This document shows positions 56,201 through 64,000 of a stretch of DNA of 64,000 bases, piece by piece. Positions within the stretch are counted from its first letter, which is position 1; each line of letters starts with the position of its first letter. The notes under the pieces are model-generated. The model saw only the letters and a program-made list of their open reading frames with translations, searched no databases and was not told where the DNA came from. The translations under genes were made by a program, and so were the position numbers. The stretch comes from a virus (lineage: Duplodnaviria; Heunggongvirae; Uroviricota; Caudoviricetes). The stretch lies in IMG/VR virus record IMGVR_UViG_2875703104_000004; one strand, given 5' to 3'.

Positions 56201-56687
56201 GACGCTCAACAACGTCACGATTAATCAGAACTGTCGGATTCTGGGAAAACTGTCAGCTAACCAGATTGAAGGTGATATTGTCAAAACGGTGGGAAAAGCC
56301 TTTCCGAGAAATGGCAGTTATGCCAGCGGTACAATAACGGTCACTGTGTACGATGACCAGGCTTTTGACCGTCAGATAGTAGTCCCCCCCGTTCTGTTTC
56401 GTGGGGGTAAGCATGAAAACTTCAACAGCAACAACCAACAGTCATACTGGTATTCAACCTGTAAGCTGCAGGTACTGAAGAACGGACAGGAAATCTTTCA
56501 GCAACCCGCGACGGATGTCAGCAGGGTATTTTCATCAGTCATTGATATGCCTGCCGGACACGGCCATGTCACCCTGACTTTCAATGTTTCTTCATATGGT
56601 GCTAATAACTGGACGCCAACGACCAGTATCAGCGACCTTCTTGTTGTTGTGATGAAGAAATCTACAGCCGGTATCAGTATCAGTTGA
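53228..56687 (+). pseudogene. J: Tail tip / host specificity protein J, broken by a roughly 23-bp frame-shifting deletion near 55096
   Basis: ORFs 53228-55189 and 55068-56687 are co-linear with lambda J; junction ...PPAVQH | (missing LTAEVTADS) | [17 protein letters not shown] by recall. Confidence 0.8.
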
Positions 56688-56739
56688 ATTTTATAACCCA
56701 GATACGGGCGCCAGAAATGGCGCCTTTTTTATTTGTGGA

Positions 56740-57570
56740 GTGAATATGGCAGTACAGATTTCAGGCGTGCTGAAAGACGGTGCAGGAAAACCGATACAGA
56801 ACTGCACCATTCAGCTCAAAGCAAAACGTAACAGCACCACGGTTGTGGTGAACACGGTGGCCTCAGAAAATCCGGATGAAGCCGGACGTTACAGCATGGA
56901 TGTCGAGTATGGCCAGTACAGCGTTATCCTGCTGGTTGAAGGTTTTCCGCCTTCACATGCCGGGGCCATCACCGTGTATGAGGATTCTAAGCCGGGGACA
57001 TTGAATGATTTTCTGGGCGCTGCAACAGAAGATGATGTTCGTCCGGAGGCACTGTATCGTTTTGAAAAGATGGTGGAAGAGGTGGCACGCAACGCTGAAG
57101 CCGCCTCTCAGAGCGCAGCGGCAGCAAAGAAATCAGAAACAGCAGCGGCATCGTCCAGGAATGCGGCGAAAACATCAGAGACGAATGCAGGTAACAGCGC
57201 GAAAGCGGCAGCTTCTTCAAAAACAGCCGCACAAAACGCAGCAACAGCGGCAGAACGTTCAGAGACAAATGCCCGTGCGTCAGAAGAAGCCTCCGCAGAC
57301 AGTGAAGAGGCTTCCCGCCGTAATGCAGAGTCAGCCGCTGAAAATGCCGGAGTCGCCACCACAAAAGCGCGGGAGGCCGCAGCAGACGCAACAAAGGCCG
57401 GGCAGAAAAAGGATGAGGCTCTGTCGGCAGCGATAATTAAAAACGATGCACACCGGGTTTTTACCGCGTTAATGATTCGCGGGTTTATCCCGGTGCGATG
57501 GTGGAAGAAACAGGAAGCTGTATTACAGAAAGTGCTACTACTGTATCCCGATGCGATGTATGTAATGTGA
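56740..57570 (+). CDS. stf: Side tail fibre protein Stf, N-terminal about 230 aa only, fused to an unrelated 3' tail
   Basis: MAVQISGVLKDGAGKPIQNCTIQLKAKRNSTTVVVNTVASENPDEAGRYSMDVEYGQYSVILLVEGFPPSHAG... matches the lambda Stf N-terminus by recall; C-terminal part not Stf-like. Confidence 0.7.
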   Translation: MNMAVQISGVLKDGAGKPIQNCTIQLKAKRNSTTVVVNTVASENPDEAGRYSMDVEYGQYSVILLVEGFPPSHAGAITVYEDSKPGTLNDFLGAATEDDVRPEALYRFEKMVEEVARNAEAASQSAAAAKKSETAAASSRNAAKTSETNAGNSAKAAASSKTAAQNAATAAERSETNARASEEASADSEEASRRNAESAAENAGVATTKAREAAADATKAGQKKDEALSAAIIKNDAHRVFTALMIRGFIPVRWWKKQEAVLQKVLLLYPDAMYVM

Positions 57571-58062
57571 GTCAGATAATGGCACAGGATGTGGTGATGT
57601 GGCAGTCTGGAACACAGGATATATTGTCAGAATAAGACCCGTAGGAATAAAAATGAAAAGACGCCTTTTACTACTTTTTCTGTTATCTGTCCTGGCAGTG
57701 GGATGCTCGCAGCAAAAAGCTGATGAGCCCCGGCAATTAGTGACGGTGTATCCACGATATCCGGAATATGCTGCAGCAAATTATATCAAGGGGCTGGTTG
57801 AGGTTAAGTTCGATATTGGTGCTGATGGGACTGTGACACGGATCGTTTTTCTCCGCTCAGAGCCTCATAATTTGTTTCGTGATGAAGTGGTGAAGGCCAT
57901 GGCGAAATGGCGATTTGAAAAGAATCGCCCCTGTCAGGGAGTGAAGAGACAATTTATCTTTACGCCGTCACGTCCTTGATGCTTCCAGGTAGAGAGGGGC
58001 TGGANGCAGGAGAAAAATGAAAGAGCCAGCGGTTATATTTTTGTCATGGCTGACGAGGAATG
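57433..58062. repeat. Second copy of the 630-bp segment also present at 36731-37360
   Basis: Seen directly; contains an N at 58005. Confidence 0.85.
57653..57979 (+). CDS. Lipoprotein with TonB-C-terminal-like domain; copy 2
   Basis: Identical protein to 36951-37277. Confidence 0.6.
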   Translation: MKRRLLLLFLLSVLAVGCSQQKADEPRQLVTVYPRYPEYAAANYIKGLVEVKFDIGADGTVTRIVFLRSEPHNLFRDEVVKAMAKWRFEKNRPCQGVKRQFIFTPSRP

Positions 58063-58342
58063 ATGGAAGAAGGCGTTGTATGCCACACAACGCCTCACTG
58101 TTCATTTCTTCTTTTTCTCTGGTGGAACCCGATGAATAAGAGTTGCACTGGTTTCCGATGAGATGGCGATATACTCGGGCAAAGTATGCTGGCAGTTTTC
58201 CAACTGGTCAAAAATACCTGCTCTCGTCTGTTGCAATGCCTGCAGCATGCGGCGGCAATGCGCCTTGCTTTTACTAACCATCTTTCCTTCCTCTATCAGT
58301 CGCTGCGTGAACTCATCATGNAATACCAGGTAAATGCGGATG

Positions 58343-58594
58343 TTATCGGTTTTGGCTACGCAGCATAGTACAAAACGGACAGGTGCATCCCGGGACGGGG
58401 GAGGCGTCACATGTCCCTGTGATGGTTGTTCCGGGTAATGNACTGTGTGGGGCATAAAAATGTCCGATAATTTTACTTTCTACCGCAGTTAGTTGATTCG
58501 TTGGTCCTGGTAGCACATTGGGCGAGGATTTAAATGCCAGGCAACTGAAGGATGATGTNGCAAGGGAGATAGCGAGAATATTTCTGATTTTCAT
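58343..58594 (-). CDS. Possible small secreted protein (MKIRNILAISL.TSSFSCLAF...), low-quality region with several Ns
   Basis: Internal start of ORF 58343-58663; signal-peptide-like N-terminus; sequence carries Ns. Confidence 0.25.
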   Translation of the reverse strand: MKIRNILAISLXTSSFSCLAFKSSPNVLPGPTNQLTAVESKIIGHFYAPHSXLPGTTITGTCDASPVPGCTCPFCTMLRSQNR

Positions 58595-58608
58595 TTGATG
58601 ATGCCTCT

Positions 58609-58908
58609 GTGTGAAATGACGGTAAACGACGCACTTGTGCCGGCACATAATAGCAAGCACCATAATAGATCAGATTCGATTCTTGCTGTAAGTGATAATT
58701 ATTCTCGTTTTCGGGTCCTTTCCGTCGATCCAACAGGTTACGGGGCGGCGACCTCGCGGTGTGAAATGACGGTAAACGACGCACTTGTGCCGGCACATAA
58801 TAGCAAGCACCATAATAGATCAGATTCGATTCTTGCTGTAAGTGATAATTATTCTCGTTTTCGGGTCCTTTCCGTCGATCCAACAGGTTACGGGGCGGCG
58901 ACCTCGCG
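58609..58908. repeat. Two tandem copies of a 150-bp cos-proximal unit (58609-58758, 58759-58908); one further copy at about 37362-37500
   Basis: Seen directly; each unit ends in the cosN sequence. Confidence 0.8.
58893..58904 (+). promoter_or_regulatory. cos: cosN (GGGCGGCGACCT) followed by cosB-like CGCGGGTTTTCGCTATTTATGAAAATTTT; cos site 2
   Basis: Exact match to the lambda left-end sequence by recall; 181 bp upstream of the second Nu1-like gene. Confidence 0.75.
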
Positions 58909-59073
58909 GGTTTTCGCTATTTATGAAAATTTTTAGGGAAAAATCAGATCCGTTTTTCTTCTTTTTAACTGATTGATTATCAATAGAATTTTAAAAATAT
59001 AAAAGGATCTAACAAAGGCTGTTTTTGTTAGAAAACGCCATTTTCAGATCCTTTCTGGTTCCCGGGGGAGTGT

Positions 59074-59622
59074 ATGAACGTCAATAAGAAAAAACTGGCC
59101 GATATTTTTGGCGTTGATGTCAGGACCATCACCGCCTGGCAGAGTCAGGGGTTACCACTAGTTTCTGGTGGAGGGAAAGGGACTGAATCAGTTTTTGATA
59201 CAACTGCTGCCATTCAGTGGTATGCGCAGAGGGAAGCTGATATTAAAAACGAAAAACTCCGTAAAGAGATCGAGGATTTGAGGGCTGCCAGCGAATCAGA
59301 CCTTCAGCCCGGCACCATTGATTACGAACGTTACCGACTGACGAAGGCACAGGCCGATGCACAGGAGCTGAAAAATGCTCGTGAGGAAGGCCTTGTCCTC
59401 GAGACGGAGTTATTTACCTACATCTTTCAGCGAGTGGCACAGAATATATCAGGGATCCTTGTCCGTGTCCCTCAGACACTGCAGCGTAAATACCCTGATA
59501 TATCACCCGTACATCTTGATGCTGTGAAAACTGAAATCGCGAAAGCATCCGATGTGGCTTCTGAAGCCGGTGAGAATGTGCGCAGGTGGATTGATGATTT
59601 CAGACGAACTGAGGGCGGCTAA
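59074..59622 (+). CDS. nu1: Terminase small subunit (Nu1-like), second divergent copy (182 aa)
   Basis: Same length as 37672-38220 with many substitutions ([36 protein letters not shown]...). Confidence 0.85.
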   Translation: MNVNKKKLADIFGVDVRTITAWQSQGLPLVSGGGKGTESVFDTTAAIQWYAQREADIKNEKLRKEIEDLRAASESDLQPGTIDYERYRLTKAQADAQELKNAREEGLVLETELFTYIFQRVAQNISGILVRVPQTLQRKYPDISPVHLDAVKTEIAKASDVASEAGENVRRWIDDFRRTEGG

Positions 59623-61522
59623 TTCTGCAGGAGCGATAGCAACCGGCCTCCTTGCGCTAAAAATTCCTGTCCCTCTGACGACAGTTCAGTGGGCAGATCG
59701 ACATTATTACCTTCCGAAAGAGTCATCTTACACCCCGGGGCGGTGGGAAACACTGCCGTTTCAGGTTGCCATCATGAACAGCATGGGGAATGACCGGATC
59801 CGCACTGTTAATCTGATTAAATCTGCCCGTGTTGGTTATACAAAGATGTTGCTGGGAGTGGAGGCTTATTTTATTGAGCATAAATCACGCAACAGCCTTC
59901 TTTTCCAGCCCACGGATTCTGCTGCTGAAGATTTTATGAAATCTCATGTGGAACCCACGATCAGGGATGTGCCGGTTTTACTCGATCTTGCACCGTGGTT
60001 TGGGCGTAAACATCGTGATAATACCCTCACGCTGAAACGTTTTTCATCGGGCGTGGGCTTCTGGTGCCTGGGCGGGGCTGCCGCTAAAAACTACCGTGAA
60101 AAATCCGTGGACGTGGTCTGCTATGACGAACTTTCCTCGTTCGAACCGGATGTCGAAAAAGAGGGTTCGCCAACCCTGCTTGGGGATAAACGTATTGAGG
60201 GCTCGGTATGGCCAAAATCCATTCGCGGCTCGACGCCTAAAATAAAAGGCTCCTGCCAGATCGAAAAAGCGGCCAACGAGTCGGCGCATTTCATGCGTTT
60301 TTATGTGCCCTGCCCACACTGTGGGGAGGAGCAGTATCTGAAATTTGGCGATGAATCCACGCCTTTTGGCCTTAAATGGGAGAAAGACAGCCCCGAAAGC
60401 GTTTTCTACCTCTGTGAACATCATGGCTGCGTGATCCATCAGTCTGAGCTTGACCAGAGCAACGGGCGGTGGATCTGTGAAAACACGGGGATGTGGACCC
60501 GTGACGGTCTGACGTTTTTCAGCGCCGCGGATAATGAAATTCCGCCGCCGCGCTCCATCACGTTCCATATCTGGACGGCGTACAGTCCGTTCACCACCTG
60601 GGTACAGATAGTCTATGACTGGCTGGATGCACTGAAAGATCCCAACGGCCTGAAAACCTTTGTGAACACCACGCTGGGCGAGACCTGGGAAGAGGCCGTG
60701 GGCGAAAAACTCGATCACCAGGTACTGATGGATAAGGTCGTGCATTACACGGCGGCGGTGCCAGCCCGGGTGGTTTATCTGACGGCGGGCATTGACTCGC
60801 AGCGAAACCGTTTTGAGATGTATGTCTGGGGATGGGCACCGGGAGAGGAAGCTTTTCTGGTGGATAAAATCATCATTATGGGCCGTCCCGATGAGGAAGA
60901 GACGCTGTTACGTGTGGATGCGGCGATCAACAAAAAATACTGCCATGCAGACGGAACCGAAATGACCATTTCCCGTGTCTGCTGGGACACCGGGGGGATC
61001 GATGGTGAAATTGTCTATCAGAGGTCAAAAAAACACGGTGTTTTCCGGGTGCTGCCGGTAAAAGGTGCATCTGTTTATGGCAAGCCGGTGATCACCATGC
61101 CAAAAACCCGCAATCAGCGGGGCGTGTATCTGTGCGAAGTGGGGACGGACACCGCAAAAGAAATTCTCTATGCCCGTATGAAAGCCGATCCCACGCCTGC
61201 GGATGAAGCCACGTCGTATGCCATCCGTTTTCCTGATGATCCGGAGATTTTTTCGCAGACAGAGGCGCAGCAACTGGTGGCGGAAGAGCTTGTGGAGAAG
61301 TGGGAAAAAGGAAAGATGCGTCTGCTGTGGGATAACAAAAAGCGGCGTAACGAAGCGCTGGACTGCCTGGTGTATGCCTATGCGGCATTACGTGTGTCCG
61401 TGCAACGCTGGCAGCTTGATCTGGCTGTACTGGCAAAATCCCGGGAAGAAGAGACGACCCGGCCAACCCTTAAAGAACTGGCAGCGAAGCTGTCCGGAGG
61501 AGTGAATGGTTACAGTCGCTGA
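59594..61522 (+). CDS. A: Terminase large subunit (gpA-like), second copy
   Basis: Near-identical to 38192-40120 with scattered substitutions. Confidence 0.9.
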   Translation: MISDELRAANSAGAIATGLLALKIPVPLTTVQWADRHYYLPKESSYTPGRWETLPFQVAIMNSMGNDRIRTVNLIKSARVGYTKMLLGVEAYFIEHKSRNSLLFQPTDSAAEDFMKSHVEPTIRDVPVLLDLAPWFGRKHRDNTLTLKRFSSGVGFWCLGGAAAKNYREKSVDVVCYDELSSFEPDVEKEGSPTLLGDKRIEGSVWPKSIRGSTPKIKGSCQIEKAANESAHFMRFYVPCPHCGEEQYLKFGDESTPFGLKWEKDSPESVFYLCEHHGCVIHQSELDQSNGRWICENTGMWTRDGLTFFSAADNEIPPPRSITFHIWTAYSPFTTWVQIVYDWLDALKDPNGLKTFVNTTLGETWEEAVGEKLDHQVLMDKVVHYTAAVPARVVYLTAGIDSQRNRFEMYVWGWAPGEEAFLVDKIIIMGRPDEEETLLRVDAAINKKYCHADGTEMTISRVCWDTGGIDGEIVYQRSKKHGVFRVLPVKGASVYGKPVITMPKTRNQRGVYLCEVGTDTAKEILYARMKADPTPADEATSYAIRFPDDPEIFSQTEAQQLVAEELVEKWEKGKMRLLWDNKKRRNEALDCLVYAYAALRVSVQRWQLDLAVLAKSREEETTRPTLKELAAKLSGGVNGYSR

Positions 61523-61712
61523 ACTACAGGCGCTGCGTCAGGCGCGCCTTGATTTATTAACCGGTAAACGGGTGGTGTCTGTCCAGAAAGATGGTCGCAG
61601 AATTGAATATACGGCGGCCTCTCTGGATGAGCTTAACCGTGCGATCAATGATGCTGAGTTGGTACTGGGGACAACCCGCCGTCGCCGTCGTCCGCTGGGA
61701 GTGAGGTTATGA
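61506..61712 (+). CDS. W: Head-tail joining protein W, second copy
   Basis: Near-identical to 40104-40310. Confidence 0.8.
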   Translation: MVTVAELQALRQARLDLLTGKRVVSVQKDGRRIEYTAASLDELNRAINDAELVLGTTRRRRRPLGVRL

Positions 61713-63417
61713 AACGAACGCCTGTCCTGATTGATGTGAACGGCGTTCCGCTTCGGGAGAGCCTCAGCTACAACGGGGGCGGCGCAGGATTTGGCGGGCA
61801 AATGGCGGAGTGGTTGCCACCGGCGCAGAGTGCCGATGCGGCCCTGCTGCCCGCGTTGCGTCTGGGGAATGCCCGGGCAGATGATCTGGTGCGCAATAAC
61901 GGGATAGCGGCCAATGCGGTGGCCCTGCATAAGGATCACATTGTCGGGCATATGTTTCTTATCAGCTACCGCCCGAACTGGCGCTGGCTGGGGATGCGGG
62001 AGACCGCGACAAAAAGTTTTGTCGATGAGGTGGAGGCGGCCTGGTCAGAATACGCAGAAGGGATGTTTGGTGAGATCGACGTGGAAGGGAAACGCACGTT
62101 TACGGAATTTATCCGTGAAGGTGTGGGCGTTCATGCGTTTAACGGCGAAATCTTTGTGCAGCCGGTCTGGGATACGGAGAGCACGCAACTGTTTCGTACG
62201 CGTTTTAAAGCCGTGAGTCCGAAACGGGTGGACACGCCAGGACACGGTATCGGGAACCGTTTTCTGCGGGCCGGTGTGGAGGTTGATCGATATGGCCGTG
62301 CCGTTGCGTACCATATCTGTGAGGATGATTTTCCTCGCTCCGGGAGTGGACGATGGGAACGGATCCCGCGTGAACTTCCCACCGGGCGTCCGGCCATGCT
62401 GCATATTTTCGAGCCGGTGGAGGACGGGCAGACCCGTGGGGCCAACCAGTTTTACAGCGTCATGGAACGGCTGAAGATGCTCGATTCCCTGCAGGCAACA
62501 CAGCTTCAGTCGGCCATTGTCAAGGCGATGTATGCAGCGACAATTGAAAGTGAACTGGATACCGAAAAGGCCTTTGAATATATCGCCGGTGCGCCGCAGG
62601 GGCAGAAGGATAATCCGCTTATTAATATTCTGGAGAAGTTCTCCAGCTGGTATGACACGAATAACGTGACGCTGGGCGGTGTCAAAATTCCGCACCTTTT
62701 CCCTGGTGATGATCTGAAACTACAGACAGCGCAGGATTCAGACAATGGATTTTCTGCGCTTGAACAGGCGCTGCTGCGGTATATCGCCGCCGGTCTTGGC
62801 GTTTCCTACGAACAGTTGTCCCGTGATTACTCGAAGGTCAGTTACTCAAGTGCCCGCGCCTCCGCCAATGAGTCGTGGAACAGGCGCTGCTGCGGTATAT
62901 CGCCGCCGGTCTTGGCGTTTCCTACGAACAGTTGTCCCGTGATTACTCGAAGGTCAGTTACTCAAGTGCCCGCGCCTCCGCCAATGAGTCGTGGCGCTAT
63001 TTTATGGGGCGGCGAAAATTTATTGCGTCCCGGCTGGCCACGCAGATGTTTTCCTGCTGGCTGGAAGAGGCACTTCTGCGGGGGATTATCCGTCCGCCAC
63101 GGGCACGTTTTGATTTTTATCAGGCGCGTTCAGCCTGGTCACGGGCTGAGTGGATTGGTGCCGGAAGAATGGCCATTGACGGGCTCAAGGAGGTTCAGGA
63201 ATCGGTGATGCGTATTGATTCCGGACTGAGCACGTATGAGAAAGAGCTGGCGCTGATGGGCGAGGATTATCAGGACATTTTCCGCCAGCAGGTCAGGGAA
63301 TCTGCAGAGCGGGAAAAAGCCGGACTCTCACGTCCGGTGTGGATAGCGCAGGCGTATCAGCAGCAGATAGCGGAGAGTCGCAGGCCGGAAGAGGAGACAA
63401 CACCACGTGAGACGTAA
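61709..63417 (+). CDS. B: Portal protein (gpB-like), second copy, with the same 116-bp tandem duplication (62763-62878, 62879-62994)
   Basis: ORFs 61709-63208 and 62875-63417 are co-linear with lambda B once one duplicate unit is removed. Confidence 0.8.
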
Positions 63418-64000
63418 TCTTTCACACATTATTGCAGCAGCATTCAATGAACCGCTGCTTCTGGAGCCCGCCTATGCGCGGGTTTTCTTTTGCGCGCTCG
63501 GGCGCGAGATGGGGGCAGCAAGTCTTTCGGTACCGCAACAGCAGGTACAGCTTGATGCTCCCGGGATGCTGGCTGAAACGGACGAGTACATGGCCGGAGG
63601 TAAACGACCGGCCCGTGTTTACCGGGTGGTGAACGGTATTGCGGTACTGCCGGTGACCGGCACGCTGGTGCACCGGCTGGGGGGGATGCGGCCATTTTCC
63701 GGAATGACTGGCTATGACGGCATTGTCGCCTGTCTTCAGCAGGCAATGGCAGATAGCCAGGTGCGGGGCATACTGCTGGACATTGACAGTCCGGGCGGGC
63801 AGGCCGCCGGCGCGTTTGACTGCGTTGACATGATTTACCGCCTCCGGCAGCAGAAGCCGGTCTGGGCACTGTGCAATGACACGGCCTGTTCTGCAGCCAT
63901 GCTGCTGGCGTCGGCCTGCTCCCGACGGCTGGTTACCCAGACATCCCGTATCGGCTCCATTGGCGTGATGATGAGCCATGTCAGCTATGCCGGTCATCTG
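63407..64000 (+). CDS. C: Capsid protease/scaffold gpC, second copy, 5' part only (runs off the window end)
   Basis: GTG start as in copy 1; translation parallels 42005-43510; no stop before the window end. Confidence 0.8.
   Translation, partial: MRRNLSHIIAAAFNEPLLLEPAYARVFFCALGREMGAASLSVPQQQVQLDAPGMLAETDEYMAGGKRPARVYRVVNGIAVLPVTGTLVHRLGGMRPFSGMTGYDGIVACLQQAMADSQVRGILLDIDSPGGQAAGAFDCVDMIYRLRQQKPVWALCNDTACSAAMLLASACSRRLVTQTSRIGSIGVMMSHVSYAGHL

Noticed and set aside
59074-64000. Treating the second packaging/head module as a pure assembly duplicate of 37672-43510
   Set aside because: The two Nu1 proteins differ at many positions and A, W and B carry scattered substitutions, so they are distinct copies, although their juxtaposition may still be a scaffolding choice.

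Overview
The window reads as a scaffold of E. coli/Shigella-type lambdoid prophage DNA, with many single-N joins and short tandem duplications that look like assembly artefacts. All identifications are from reading the sequence and recalling protein families; no database search was run. Layout: (1) 1-14365, the early/regulatory half of a Rac/Qin-like prophage: int, xis, RecE-like exonuclease, cI/cro, replication-type protein, a hok/sok-type toxin locus, RusA and a truncated Q antiterminator. (2) 14366-17052, a contig join, a truncated SitA-like gene, an AT-rich orphan ORF, and a displaced icd 3' fragment with its terminator, marking an icd attachment site. (3) 17435-19809, the most interesting element: an overlapping ABC-type ATPase + HNH nuclease gene pair (Septu-like but atypical) sitting in the att-to-int cargo slot, followed by a frameshifted integrase. 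(4) 21325-25600, a nest of insertion sequences (IS911 carrying IS30, an IS629-like fragment and an IS110-family element) replacing the prophage immunity region. (5) 25637-36470, lambda O (frameshifted, with ori iterons) and P, a cargo inverse-autotransporter adhesin plus lipoprotein esterase, then a DLP12-like ybcN-ninE-ybcO-rusA-ylcG-quuD'-nmpC'-essD-rrrD-Rz/Rz1-bor block. (6) 37484-57570, cos and a lambda-like head/tail module (Nu1 to J, truncated stf) with disruptions in B, H and J. (7) 58893-64000, a second cos and the start of a second, divergent packaging/head module.
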